From Octopus sinensis (lineage: Eukaryota), in contig NC_042998.1 in assembly GCF_006345805.1 (NCBI RefSeq), positions 206,212,001 to 206,276,000 on the forward strand: DNA of 64,000 nt, written 5' to 3'. Both the position numbers and the translations under genes were made by a program. The notes below the pieces were generated by a model that searched no databases, had not been told where the DNA came from, and worked only from the letters and a program-made list of their open reading frames with translations. How positions within the stretch are numbered: the stretch's first letter is position 1; each line of letters starts with the position of its first letter. Positions 1 through 13,690 of the stretch are shown here, piece by piece.

Positions 1-2400
1 TACATGCCACCGGCACAGGTGCCAGACGAGGCAGGCAGTGGCCACCATTGGATGGTGCTTTTTACGTGCCACTGGCACTGGTATCACAGCTACAATTTCC
101 ATTGATGTTCATCGATTTTGATTCTTATTCTCACTTGCCTCAACAGGTCTTCACAAGTAGAGTATTGTGTCCCAAGAAGGAAAGGTATGCAAAAGTGGAC
201 TGGCTACATCCCAGGTAGAGGCCACAGGTTATGGTCTCACTTGTCCTGCCAGGTCTTCTCACGCACAGCATACTTCCATAGGTCTCGGTCTCTAGTCATT
301 TCCTTGGTGAGACCTAAAGTTCGAAGGTCGTGCTTCCCAAGAAGGAAAGGTATGTAGGCCACAGGTTATGTTCTCACTGGTCTTGCCGGGTCTTCTCGCG
401 CACAGCATACTTCCATAGGTCTCGGTCTCTAGTCCTTTCCTTGGTGAGACCTAAAGTTCGAAGGTCATGCTTCACCACCTAGTCCCAAGTTTTCCTGGGT
501 CTACCTCTTCCACAGGTTCCCTCAACTGCTAGGGTGTGGCACTTTTTCACCCAACTATCTTCATCCATTCTTGTCACATAACCATACCAGCGCAAACGTC
601 TCTCTTGCACACCACAATTGATGCTTCTTAGGTCTAACTTTTCTCTCAAGGTACTTACACTCTGTCATGAATGAACAGACATTACACATCCATCGGAGCA
701 TACTGGCTTCATTTCTTGCGAGCTTACGCATATCCTCAGCAGTCATGGCCCATGTTTCACTGCCATGTAGCATGGCTGTTCGTACACATGCATCATACAG
801 TCTGCCTTTTACTCTGAGTGAGAGGCCTTTTGTCACCAGCAGAGGTAAGAGCTCTCTGAACTTTGCCCAGGCTATTCTTACTCTAGCAGTTAGACTTTCA
901 GCACACCCACCCCCGCTACTGACTTGGTTCCCTAGGTAACGGAAGCTATCAACTATTTCTAGTTTTTCTCCCTGGAATGTGGTGGAAGTTGGTCTCTGCG
1001 CATTTTCAGTGTTTATTGCTCCTGAGCATCTGCCACATACAAAAACTATTTTCCTAGTTAGCCTTCCTTTGACATTGCTGCACCTCTTATGTGTCCATAG
1101 CTTACACTTGGTGCATCTTATAGAGTTTCTACCTACGTCTTTTCTACAGATCGAGCAGGGCCATCTACCTGAAGGTGTTTGTGATTTGTCTACCTTCCTA
1201 CTTATTAGGACTTTGGTTTTAGCTAGGTTGACTCTAAGGCCCTTCGATTCTAATCCTTGCTTCCACACCTGAAACTTCTCCTCCAGTTCTGATAGTGACT
1301 CAGCAATTAGAGCAAGGTCATCAGCATAGAGGAGCTCCCAGGGGCATCCTGTCTTAAATTCCTCCGTTAATGCTTGGAGGATTATGATAAATAGGAGGGG
1401 GCTGAGGACTGAACCTTGGTGGACCCCTACCTCTACCTGGAATTCTTCACTGTACTCGTTGCCAACCCTCACCTTACTAGCAGCTCTCACTAACCATTCA
1501 TCTATCCCTAGTTTCCTCATTGACCACCAGATAAGGGATCGGGGGACCCTGTCAAAGGCTTTCTCCATGTCAACAAAAGCCAGGTACAGGGGCTTATCTT
1601 TGGCTAGGTATTTCTCCTACAGCTGTCTCACCAGGAATATGGCATCAGTGGTACTTTTCCCCGGCACGAACCCAAACTGCATCTCATCTAAACTAACTCT
1701 CTCTCTAACTAGTTGGGCTATGACCCTCTCCGTAACCTTCATTACCTGATCCAACAGCTTGATACTCCTGTAGTTATTTGTATCTAGGGCGTCACCTTTA
1801 CCTTTGTAGCAGTTGACTATTATGCTGCTACACCAGTCATTGGGAATGACTCCTTCGTGTATCACCTGGTTAACTGTATGGGTGACTAGGCTATAGCCAA
1901 CACTGCCAGATATTTTGGGGCCTGGGGCTTTCCCTGTCTTCATGCTTCTAATTGCCTTAACTAGCAAGGAACTGTCAACTCGGATAGCTGGTCCCTCTGT
2001 TGGGTCGACATTTGGCAGACTCTCTTTATCCCATTCATTTTCCTCATTCAGCAACCTTTCATAGTGGCGTCTCCAAACCTCTCTTTGCATCCTCATTTAG
2101 CGCAAGTAAACCGTCATCCTTGTGAACACATTTTTCTCCTACCACGTCACGATCCTCTCTCACACACTGTCTTGCAACACGAAATACCTCAAGTCTTTCA
2201 TCCTCATGGCACAGAACATTGGCAAATTTTTTATATGCTTCCCCTCTGGCTAAATACACCTGCCTCCTAGCTTCCCTTCTGGCAGTCTGATACACTTCCC
2301 TGCTACCACCGTTCTTCCAGTCCTTCCAAGCCTGTTTCTTTTGTCTAACAGGGACTTCATAAACTGGAAATAGACCTAAGCATTTATAACAGCAAAAGTA
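1..2400 (-). mobile_element. RTE-clade LINE remnant (RT fragments with internal PHD-like finger, plus 3' UTR)
   Basis: Broken ORFs 2059-2295, 1617-2096 and 561-1568 contain NYRSIKLL, QFGFVPGKSTTDAIF, DMEKAFD, GVHQGSVLSPLLF, LYADD and FRYLG. Confidence 0.9.
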
Positions 2401-2446
2401 CCAGTTCTGTGCAAGAGATTCATCTCACTGGATCATTTGTACAACC

Positions 2447-4210
2447 ATCATTATCATCATTTAATATCTGTTGTTCATGCTGGCATGAGCTGGATGGTTT
2501 GACCAGAGCTGGCAAGCAGGAAGGTTGCACCTGAAACAAGTCTGATTTGGCATGTTTTTCTATGACTGGATGCCTTTCCTACTGCCAACCACTCCATGAG
2601 TGTAATGGGTGCTTTTACATGCAACTGGCATGGGTGCGATTTGCATGACTCTGGTACCTGCCATGACTGCAATTTTGCTCAGCTTGGAGGGTCTTCTTTT
2701 TAAGCATGACATAATGCCAAAGGTTTCAGTCATTGCCTCTATGAGGCCCAATGCTTGAAAGGAACTTAGCCACTTTGCCTCTGGGAGATCCAATGCTCGA
2801 ATGGTGCTCTTTACATGTTACCAGCATGGGTGCCAGTTATGTGACACCAACATCAGCCATGACTACAATTTCACTTGGCTTGACAAGTCTTCTCAAACAC
2901 AGCATATTGCCAAATGTTTCAGTTACTAGTCATTGCCTCTGTGAAGAACATGCTTCATCACTTAGTCCCATGTCTTCCAAGGTCTCTACCACAGGTTCCT
3001 TCCAGGACACCTGTCCTCGTCCACATGCATCAATGACCATATCAGCACAGTTGTCTCTCTTGCACACCACATCTGATGCCTCTTAACTTTTCTCTCAAGA
3101 TGCTTACACTCTCGTACACGCACACTGACATTGCACATCCAGCAAAGCATACTGGCTTCATTTCTTTCAAGCCTATGCAGGTCCTCAGCTGTCACAGCCC
3201 ATGTTTCACTGCCATGTAGCATGGCTGTTCACACACAGGCATCATAAAATCTGCCTTTCACTCTGAGAGAGAGGCCCTTTGTTGCCAGCAGAGTTAAGAG
3301 CTCTCTGAACTTTGCCCAACCTAATCTTATTCTCACAGCTATGCTCTCGGAGCATCAACCTCCACTACTAACTTGGTTACCTAGATAACAGAAGCTATCT
3401 ACTACCTCTAGCTTGCCCCCCTAGCATCCGAAGGAGGCTGTTTTCTGCACCTGTGCATCTTCTACATACAAAAGTTGGTTTCTGTGCTTACCTTCCTCTG
3501 ATATTACTGGATCTTTATGTATCCAAAGCTTACACTGGGTGCATCTTATGGAGTTTCTACCTAAGCCTTTTCTACAGATCGAGCAGGGTCAGCTACCCGA
3601 AGGGATTTGTAATTTGTCTGCTTTCCTACTTCCAGTTCTGGTAGTGATTCAGCTATAAGAACAAGATCATCAGCATAGAGGGGCTCCCAGGGGCAGCCTG
3701 TCTTGAATTCCTCTGTTATTGCCTGAAGGACTATAAACAAGAGGGAGCTGATACTGCTGTAATTATTTCTATCTAAGGCATCACCTTTACCTTTGTAGCA
3801 GTTGACTATGGTGCTGCTACACCAGTCATTGGGTATGACTCCTTCATGAACCATCTGATTTACAATACGGGTGACTAGACTATAACCTACACCACCAGAT
3901 AGTTTAAGCATATCAGCAGTGATTCCTGATGGAGCAGAGGCTTTCTCTGTCTTTATATCCTTAAATGCTTTATCTATCAAGGTACTGTCAATTTGGGTAG
4001 CTGGTCCCTCAATTGGGTTGACATTTGGCAGACTCTCCTCCTATTCATTCTCCATGTTCAGCAGTCTTTCACAATGGCATTTCCAAGCCATTTCCATGGC
4101 AGTATTTTAGTGCCTATCCAATCCCTTCTAACACACCTAGTACAGCCTCTTCTGATAGCACCTGCACCAATTTTGTACTCTGACCTTTTACTCTGTTGGC
4201 ATATAGAGGA
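2447..4210 (-). mobile_element. Decayed, internally deleted RTE LINE with (CAT)n/(GAT)n tail
   Basis: Fragments PSGITADMLK..WCSSTIVNCYKGKGDALD, LYADDL and MLHGSETWAVT. Tail at ~2450. Confidence 0.8.
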
Positions 4211-4679
4211 AATGAGAACCAGGTTAACAGTATACAAAAGTTTCTAGAAATAATCAATTCTAAACTCTTCAGGGACCTACTCCTCAAAAGTGAATCTGTT
4301 TAGTTCTTAGAACAGTTTATAGTCACATTGCTCTGCCAATCATTGGGATTGATTAAAACTTTTCTTGAGAGAGCTTTTATGTAGTTGCTTGTTCTGCTAG
4401 AAACAGCAGGCAAATCTTCAAATTACACTCTACAAACACACACAAAAAAAAATTATGAATAATGCTGTTCAGGATGCTTAGAAAAAAAGCATGACTGGAG
4501 TGGTCTCTGGTCACAGGCCTGCTTGATTACGATGACCTGTGGCTAAACAACGACGGACATCTCAGAAACTTTTCCACAATGAAAGTTGAAGACATTCTTT
4601 GTGAATCCAAACTTAGTTCTAATTGTTTCTAAGTCCAGAGTTACAACTATACTTTCATTTCAATTAAATTAACACTAAA

Positions 4680-5718
4680 AATGTACAGTAAAAACTCCAT
4701 CAAATGCCAGGGGAAAAACTAGAAGTAGTTGATAGCTTCCTATATCTAGGTGAGCAAGTCAGTAGCGGAGGTGGATGCTCCAAGAGCATAGCTGCGAGAA
4801 TAAGAATAGGCTGGGCAAAGTTCTGAGAGCTCATACCTCTGTTAGTAACAAAGGGCCTTTCCTTCAGAATGAAAGGCAGATTTTATGATGCCTGTGAACA
4901 GCCATGCTATATGGCATTGAAATATGTGCTGTGACTGCCAAGAACATGTATAAGTTTGAAAGAAATGAAGCTAGTATACTTCGCTGGACATGCAATGTCA
5001 ATGTGCATGCATGACAGAGTGTAACTGTCTTGAGAGAAAAGTTGAGAACAAGAGGCATCAGATGTGTGCAAGAGAGACGACTGTGCTAGTATGGTCATGT
5101 GATGCATATGGACAAGGACAGCTGTGTACAGAAGTGCCAATCTCTAACAGTGGAGGAAATCTGTGAGCAGAGGTAGATCCAGGAGGACATGGGACAAGAT
5201 GGTGAAACATGATCTTCAAATGTTGGACCTCACGGAGGCAATGACAAGTGACTGAGATGTTTGGCAATATGCCATGCTTGAGAAGACCCGTGAAACCAAG
5301 TGAAAGCATACTGTGTTGGTGGCATGTAAAAAGCACCCTTTGAATGTTGGGCAATATGCCATGTTTGAGAAGACCCATCAAGCCAAGTAAAATCCATAGG
5401 CATAGATGATGCCAGTGTCGTGTAATTGGCACCCATGCTGGTGGCACACAAAAAGCATCCTTCAAATGTTGGGCCTCATGGCTGCAGTAACAAGTGACCA
5501 AGACCTTTGGCAATATACCAAACTTGAGAAGACCCGTCAAACCAAGTAGTCACGGCTGATGCAGGTGTTATGGAACTGGCACCCAGCCGTACAAACCATC
5601 ACAAATTAGATTGGAATCTAGTGTAGCTCCCCAGTTTACCAGTTTTCAGTCAAACTGTCCAACCCAAGACAGCATGGAAAAAGGACGTTAAATGATGATG
5701 ATGATGATGATGATGATA
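4680..5718 (+). mobile_element. 5'-truncated RTE LINE (3' end and UTR) ending in GGACGTTAAA(TGA)n
   Basis: Same family motifs (LEVVDSF, WAKF..LIPLLVTKG) and the shared tail. Confidence 0.8.
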
Positions 5719-5780
5719 ATAAATGAAATCCTTTTTCAAATATCATAAGGCTAATGTATCTCTGTTTCTGATAAATATCA

Positions 5781-5951
<171 letters not shown>

Positions 5952-6334
5952 TCAAACGACTAATAACAAGAATTTAGTCAAAATCAGTTGGTTGAATAAC
6001 AAAATGGGAAATCTAGGCTAATATAGGAGGAGGACCAATGCCACTGCTGTCACTACCACCACCACCATCAATGTTTCATGTCTATTTCCCTACTGGCATG
6101 GGTTGAAAAGGTCCTCAAAGCCGAAGTCATTTCTTATTGGGAATTGCTTCTTAACATTGGTGCTCGTATTTGTTATCTGACTTTGTTTCTATGGCTAGAT
6201 ACCACTCCTACTGTCAACCACTCTATAGTGTGTAAAGGGTGCTTTTTCCTGTGGCAAACACTAGAATACTTAGTAACCCAAGGTATGCAGAACTCCAGAG
6301 GTCTTGATCCCTCTTCAGTTCTAGAACTATATGC

Positions 6335-6715
6335 ATAGGCACAGGTGTGGCTGTGTGATAAGAAACTTACTTCCCAATCACAAGGTTCCAGGTTCAGTCT
6401 CACTGCATGGCACCTTGGGCAAATGTCTTCTACTATAACCTTGGGCCAACCAAAGCCTTGTAAGTGGATTTGGTAGACGAAAACTGAAAGAAGCCCATTG
6501 TATGTGTGTGAGTATATATATATATATACACACATACACACACACACACATGTATATGTTGATGTGTCTGTGTTTGCCCCCCCACCATTGCTTGACAACC
6601 GACGTTATGGTGTTTACACCCCCGATAGAATAAGTACTAAGCTCACAAAGAATAAGTCAATTGTTTGACTAAAGGCAGTGCTCCAGCAGTCAAATGACTG
6701 AAACAAATAAATGAA
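6335..6715 (+). mobile_element. tRNA-derived SINE (octopus-type) with internal TA/CA microsatellite
   Basis: A-box-like GTGGCTGTGTGATAAG and B-box-like GGTTCAGTCTC. Its tail AGTCAAATGACTGAAACAA is shared with 40785-40905. Confidence 0.7.
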
Positions 6716-7439
6716 TAACCATCTTCAACTCCAGGGTAGTCATTCTAGTGATACCCAGCACAATCATTTATTTTGATCTGTTAGAAAGGTGTTTTATCTT
6801 TGAATTGGCTACACCCAGCCTCTCACACTTACCCTACAATATTATTTTTAGAAATAAACAATTTCAAAGCTACAAGGTAATCTGAATAAACAAGTGTTAC
6901 ATATGACAGAAATATCTAATTGATGTTTCCACCTAGAGACCTGACTACCATGCACAGCACTAGTACATTGGGGATAAGCCCTATATAAACAATTAGGCGT
7001 TCTCTGATCACCTACCAATCAGGTGTACACAGAACCCAAAATGATTTTGTACTTTCCACAGAAAGGAACAGTGAATGCTACACCACATCTTGGTGAAGAA
7101 TGTGGCTCTTAACATAGGTTAGTGGTCAGTGACTTCAGAGTATAAGTGAGACAAATAGAAGAAAACAATTTGGAGAAGGACATGGAAAGCAATGAACAGT
7201 AGGTTTAAATACATTAGTTGATGCATATTACAAGATGGAGGAGGAAGAGGCAGTAGAGGATAACTGGGAGTTTCAATGGGGATAACCTATACAAAGCAAT
7301 GGACCAAATCCATGGATAATGCATGGTCCCAGGTAAAAGGTGACATGGAAATAGAATAGTTCCATAGTCAGAGCTATAAAGGCTGAGACAAGAGTAGGAA
7401 AAGTGGTAGAAAGATTGCAGTCAAGAACAATGCCAGGTT

Positions 7440-9130
7440 GCAAGGTGAGAAGTTAGACAAGTCTATCTAGCAAGTAGGGAAAGCTGAGTATAAGAAGTTT
7501 GCCAATGTTTTAAGCAGTGAGTATCAAAGGCACTAAGTATTGGAGACAGTAGTGAAGTGAGCAGGACATATACTCTTATAGACAATGAAAAAGAAAGAGA
7601 CATTGTTGAAGGAAAAGAAATCACAGAAGAAAGAGGGTCAATCTCAAGTACAATCAACAGAAGGAGCAACCATCCAGGTCGACAGCATTATGGTGTATAG
7701 CACAATTAATGCAAAGAAGATACCTGCTCCATCAGGAATCATTACTGAAATGAATAAAATATCTGATGATGATGCTGATGATCTGGTGGAATAGTATAAG
7801 GGCTAGTTACCTGTAGAGTAAATCAAGAAGAAGAGGAAGGTGTCATGCCCATTAATTGGTGTAGCAACATGTACAAGAACAAAGGAGACATGCTAGAGAT
7901 TGGAAAGAGCAGAAGTATTAAACTGTTAGGCCAGGTTGGAAAAGTTATGGAAAGAGTTAGAACATAGTTGATAAGGAAGAGAATTAACACAGAAGTAAGG
8001 TGGTTTTGTTATGTGTCAGGAAGAAGCTGCTGTACCTAGATTTCGAAATGGCCTTTGAAAGATACTCCACTCTGTGATGTGGTGGTCACTAAGGACACTT
8101 GGCATAGATAAATGGCTTGTGTGAGCTACAGTTTTGTAGTTACTAAGGTGAAAGTTAGTAATGAGGACAGTGGTGGATTCAATGTGAACATGGGCATGCA
8201 CCAAGGTCACACCTTTTCCGTTTGTTAAAGTCCCCTAAGCCAAAAGAGAAGAGTTTAAAATTGGCTGCCCTTACAACCTCTCCATGCCAAAGACTCAGTT
8301 ATTAGAGATGAATCTATAGTAGAATTAGAAAAGCCATTCCAGACATGGAAACAAAACCTGGAATTAAGAGGGTTCAAAGTGAATTTAGAAAAGGATAAGG
8401 TATTAGTAGGTATGAAAGACAGGACTCTGCTACCATCAGGGAAATTACCTTGCTTGACATATAATAAAGCAATAGGGAGGAGTTCCAAACATCATACCCA
8501 ATAAAAGAATAGAGGGATGACATGCAGACAACAGAGAAATAGTCCTCATGTGATAAATGCACAGGAGTAGTAAGTAGTAAAAGCATATGTAAAATAGATA
8601 ACCTCCAGTGTTTCATGGAAGTAATTGATAGCTTCTGTTACTTAGGATAACTAATTAGCAGGGTTGTGGTGGTGGTGGTAGGTGTTCTAAAATCATAGTG
8701 GTCAGAATAAGAACTGGTTGGAAAAAGTTCAGTGAACTATTACCTCTGCTGGTAACAGGGCTTCTTCAGAATGCAGGGCAGATTGTAGGATGTTTGTTTG
8801 TATAGTGTGATGTTGGAAGGTAGTGAGACATGAACCTTGAATATAGAGGATTGTAAAGGGTAGAAAGAAATGAAGCAAGCATATTCTGCTGGTCTACCTG
8901 TATGCATTAATGACAGTACAAATGAGCTGAATGAAGAAATGAACCATGCGATGTGTGTGGAAGAGAGCAGTTGTATCAAAAAGAGGCACAGACTGAAAGT
9001 GAATGGAACCTATGAAAGAGGAAGAACAAAGACTTGGTACGAAATGGAGTTTCATCTCACAGAGGAGATGACAAAAATACCAAGATGATTGGCTGCCACA
9101 TATTTCATGGGAGAAAACCCATCTAGCTGT
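7440..9130 (+). mobile_element. Highly decayed RTE LINE
   Basis: Residual motifs KKFANVL, PSGIITEM and GFKVNLEKDKVL; many stops and frameshifts. Confidence 0.65.
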
Positions 9131-10747
9131 CAAGTGATGGTAAAGCAGGCATTCAAATTGCGTACCTTTAGAGATCAGATAAGAAATGGCATTTTCATGC
9201 TGGTATGTGTGCATGTACCATCCTTCTCTTGCACTCACTCTCATGTGACTTTCCACTGACATCAACCACTCTCACTTACCATCAGCTGTCTCTATGACTA
9301 TTCAACCATCCCTCTATTATCATTCATATTTACTGCTATCCCAGCATGCTGCTTTCGGCAGTTTTCTATTCACTCTCCTTACTAACTATCATCATGTAGC
9401 TGCATCTCATTATCTCTCTTCCAGTACTCCTTTCTCTAGCATCCTTTCGCCCTATCACTGTTTCCTTCACCAGTTTGTGCATCATTCTTTCTTGTATTCA
9501 ATCTTTTCAACAAGCTTGCCCTGTCAAGGACAAGGCAACCTCACTACTGCTGCTATGATAAAATTCACTCAATACACTTTTTTAAAGGGGTTGATAAATA
9601 TTTGGAGATAACATACAGCAGAGAGGACCCTACCCTTTAGTCTTGTAAAAGATATGATCTCTAAGCTAATGCTATGATTAAATACATCCAGGCATAGAAA
9701 CCACACCCTAAATAAGAATTGACTAAAACTGTGACATCCAGTCCAACCCATGCCAGCATGGAAAGTAAGCATAAAATGATAAACTTAAAAATCAAGGCTA
9801 CAAATTTTTTAAGGAAGAACAATCACTTATAGCAGCAGCAGTATGTGTGTGTGTGTGGGGGGGGGGGTACTTCTCTCAACCTCAGAAGGATGACAAGTCA
9901 AGGCAGTCTCAGTAAAAGGCAAAATTTTGAAGTTTAAATACTTAACTATATTTCAATAGATAAATTAAACAGTTTTTTTCCCACTTTGTAAGAGTTGTTA
10001 GCATCAAGTAGGCAATAAAACATCTGTATGAACAAGGCAAAAGTTCAAATGATGTGCAAGTACAGAACTTGATGTAGTAAACCAAGATATTTCAATGAAT
10101 TAAAATTACATCTGCAACTAAATTAGTAATTTGCATAAACAATAACCTTTATCTGAATTACTAATTCTAGTCAGAGAAGACAACCACAGTGTGACATTTT
10201 GAGAGGTTTCTTATGAAATGGGTGCTAACTCCTTGTAGCACATGATAGGAATACAGGTAGGGTGGGATATAAACGGCGGTGAATGCAGGGAGGGAAAGAC
10301 TTTCTTGCTGTGAAGGACATTGTGGTAGCTCTTAATCTATGGACTATATTCCCAGGATTGCAGACTTGGAGGTCATTATTCTTTGACACGAATCCAATCC
10401 TACCAATAAAAAAGACAAACTGAGGGAACTCAATTAATGTAGTGAGTCTGATGCCTGGCATTTGTGTGACAACTGTAGACTTGATTCAGTCTTATGAAAC
10501 CTCTTTACTGAAGCACCATCTTACTATTACTGAACATCTTAGTTAACTTGAGACGCTTATAAGAGCGAAAGTACAGTTTAATTGGAGGAAGATTTAGTTG
10601 CTGCTTTTTGTAGCATGCCACATAACAAACTACATACAGCTTCCATTGTTGGTTTGTGCTAAATTAATTGGTTTCTTACTGAAAGTGTAATTTCAACAAT
10701 ATAAAAGTGTCAAGTTGGTTGAATACTGAAGCAACAGTATAATATTG

Positions 10748-10764
10748 GGAGGGAGAGAGGGAGG

Positions 10765-10834
<70 letters not shown>
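10748..10834. repeat. (GA)n microsatellite
   Basis: Direct reading. Confidence 0.95.
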
Positions 10835-10836
<2 letters not shown>

Positions 10837-10894
10837 TTTAAATTTTAAAAAGTAACAAATGTCTGACAGGAATATATTTGAAATTTTTACTTAC

Positions 10895-10941
10895 TCTTGA
10901 GGAAGAGATTCTAATATCAAATAGGAATCTTTATTTACACC
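10895..10941 (-). CDS. PSMC3: Rpt5 coding exon 6, GVNKDSYLILESLPQ(E)
   Basis: TTTAG acceptor, GTAAGT donor, 47 nt, ends in phase 2. Confidence 0.95.
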
Positions 10942-11190
10942 CTAAAAATAAAATAAAAATCAATCACTTGAAGGAAGCCATACAAATTGTTTGATCTCTT
11001 AAAATAGTTGTAGATTTTCTTTAGTGTTGTTACGGTAAAACTTTTACTTAGAGTCCTTTTATACATTCTCAGAATATCTGAAGACAATCACAAGCAAGAT
11101 CTTTAAATGGTTTTGAAAGATTGTATGGTTATACTTTAAATATTGAAGACTAAAATAGTAATAGTCATAAGACTATAATTGAATACTTAC

Positions 11191-11253
11191 CACAAGGTCA
11201 CCTGGATGAAGGTTTTCAGCATCAACCAATCCAATAACAGGTAAGAAGTAAGT
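11191..11253 (-). CDS. PSMC3: Rpt5 coding exon 5, TYFLPVIGLVDAENLHPGDLV
   Basis: GTAG acceptor, GTAAGT donor, 63 nt. Matches the OB-fold segment TYFLPVIGLVD.E.L.PGDLV. Confidence 0.96.
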
Positions 11254-11738
11254 CTACAAACAGAATTACACTCTAAATTAGAAGAGCAGCTGTTAAAGCA
11301 TAGGAAAATAATTTATTGTTCAATGGTACAGTTTCCACATATAAAACACCTATACTGGTGCCATGTAAAAAGCATTCATACTGGTTTCACATATTAAACA
11401 CCCAGTACACTCTGTGATTAGGAAAGGTATCCAATTGGAGCCTGATGCAGCTCTCCAGTTTGCTAGCACCAGTCAAACGATCCAACTCATGCCACCATGA
11501 AAAATGGATGCTTGAATGATAACCATAATTTCACCAAGATAGGTGAGTTTTCTTTAGCATCACCAGACATCCTAGACTTTTCAGCTAATTCTTCTGTGTT
11601 GCCAAGGCCGCTGACTGGCTCCCATCTGGTGGCATGTAAAAAGCACCATTTGAGCATGATTGTTGCCAGCGTCACCTTATACACTTTTGCTAGCAGATAA
11701 AGTTTAATTAAGTTAGAAAATATATTTTTTTTACAAAC

Positions 11739-11846
11739 CTGTCTAGTGGAAGTTTTTATAACAGCACATTTGCCTTTGCGTTGAGAATCCAAGTCAACAT
11801 TAGCACCATCTTCTTCTCCTTGATCCTGTGGATCCATATCCAGTAA
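11739..11846 (-). CDS. PSMC3: Rpt5 coding exon 4, [36 protein letters not shown]
   Basis: CTAG acceptor, GTTTGT donor, 108 nt. Contains [19 protein letters not shown]. Confidence 0.96.
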
Positions 11847-12112
11847 CTAGAATACAGAAAGCAAATTAATGTTTCAAACGGTGATTCTGCAATAACATAG
11901 GATAAGAACACAACATGTTTTCTGACAAATGATGATAATATTAACAGGTTGTTTTTAATAGATATAAAAAATAAGTCAAGCATATCAACTGCAATGCTGA
12001 TCACATGCTACTGCAGCCATTGCCATATCTATTGTATGTATATATATACTGTGTGTGTGTGTATATATATATATACATACACACATATACAAAAAGCAAG
12101 TAAAGTAAAATC

Positions 12113-13690
12113 ATCATCATCGTTTAATGTCCGTTTTCCGTGCTAGCACGGGTTGGACGGTTCGACCGGGGTCTGGGAAGCCAGGAGGCTGCACCAGGCT
12201 CCAGTTTGATCTGGCAGTGTTTCTACAGCTGGATGCCCCTCCTAACGCCAACCACTCCGTGAGTGTAGTGGGTGCTTTTTACGTGCTAGGGGAGGCTGGC
12301 GGTGGCCACGATCGGTTGGTGCTTTTTACATGCCACTGGCACAGAAGCCAGTCAAGGCAGCGCTGGCATCGGCCACGTTCGGATGGTGCTACGTGCCACT
12401 GGCACAGGTATCGCAACTACTATTTCCATTTGATATTTATTTCGATGTTCATGTACTTGACTCAATAAGTCTCCTCAAGCACAGCAGGTTGTTCTGCAAT
12501 CCAAGGTACTTTGAATGGGCTGGGGCTATGCGAAACTGGTGCAGGAAGCAGCCCGATCTTTGCAGTCACAGCATATCTCCAGAGATCTCAGTCCTTCGTC
12601 ATTGCCTCTGTGAGGCCCAACGCTCGGAGGTGATGCTTGACTACCTCATCCCATGTCTTCCTGGGTCTACCTCTCCCCCTGATACCTTCAACTGTTTGGG
12701 AGCAGCACTTCTTCACACATCTCTCCTCATCCATCCGCAGTATATGACCATACCATCGCAAGCGTCTCTCTTGCACACCACATCTGATGCTTCTTATGTC
12801 CAGCATTTCTCTCAGGGTGCTTAAACTCTGTTGTGCATGCACACTGACATTACACATCCAGCGGATCATGTTAGCTTCATTTCTTTCAAGCCTACGCATG
12901 TCCTCTGCAGTCACAGCCCATGTTTCACTACCGTGAAGCATGGCAGTTCGCACACATGCATCATACAATCTACCTTTCGCTCTGAGCGAGAGACCCTTTG
13001 TCACCAGTAGGGGTAGGAGCTTTCTAAACTTTGCCCAGACTATTCGTATTCTAGTGGTGACACTCTCTGAGCATCCCCCTCCACTACTAACTTGGTCACC
13101 TAGGTAGCGGAAACTATCAACTACTTCTAGTTTTTTTCCCTGGAGTGTGATGGAATCTGTTTTCTGAGTATCTGTGGTGTCTATTGTCCCTGTGCATCTG
13201 CTGCACATGAAAGCTATCTTATCAGTTAATTTCCCTTTGATGTTGCTGCACCTCTTATGCGTCCATAGCTTACACTGGGTACATCTTATGGAGTTTCTAC
13301 CTACACCTTTCCTACAGATCGAGCAGGGCCACCTGCCCGAGGGTGTGTGTGATGAGTTCGCCTTTCTGCTTACTATAACTTTGGTCTTTGCTACATTTAC
13401 TCTAAGGCCCTTTGATTCTAAACCTTGCTTCCACGCTCGAAATTTCTTTTCTAGTTCCGGTAGTGATTCTGCTATGAGGGCCAGGTCATCAGCATAGAGG
13501 AGCTCCCAGGGGCAACCTGTTTTGAATTCCTCTGTTATTGCCTGGAGGACAATGATGAATAAAAGGGGACTGAGGGCTGAATCTTGGTGTACACCTACTT
13601 CTACCCGGAATTCTTCACTATACTTGTTGCCAATCATAACCTTGCTGACAGCCTCTCTGTATAGGGCATGTACAGCCCTAATATTTTGCT
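12113..13690 (-). mobile_element. 5'-truncated RTE LINE with open 3' half of the RT ORF, PHD-like finger, 3' UTR and tail
   Basis: ORF 12588-13745 has GVHQDSALSPLLF, LYADD, the C4HC3 insert, FRYLGD and WYGHILRMD. Tail (CAT)n at 12113. Confidence 0.92.

Noticed and set aside
170-480. ~138-bp tandem duplication in an RTE 3' region
   Set aside because: Real but a routine local rearrangement in a dead copy.
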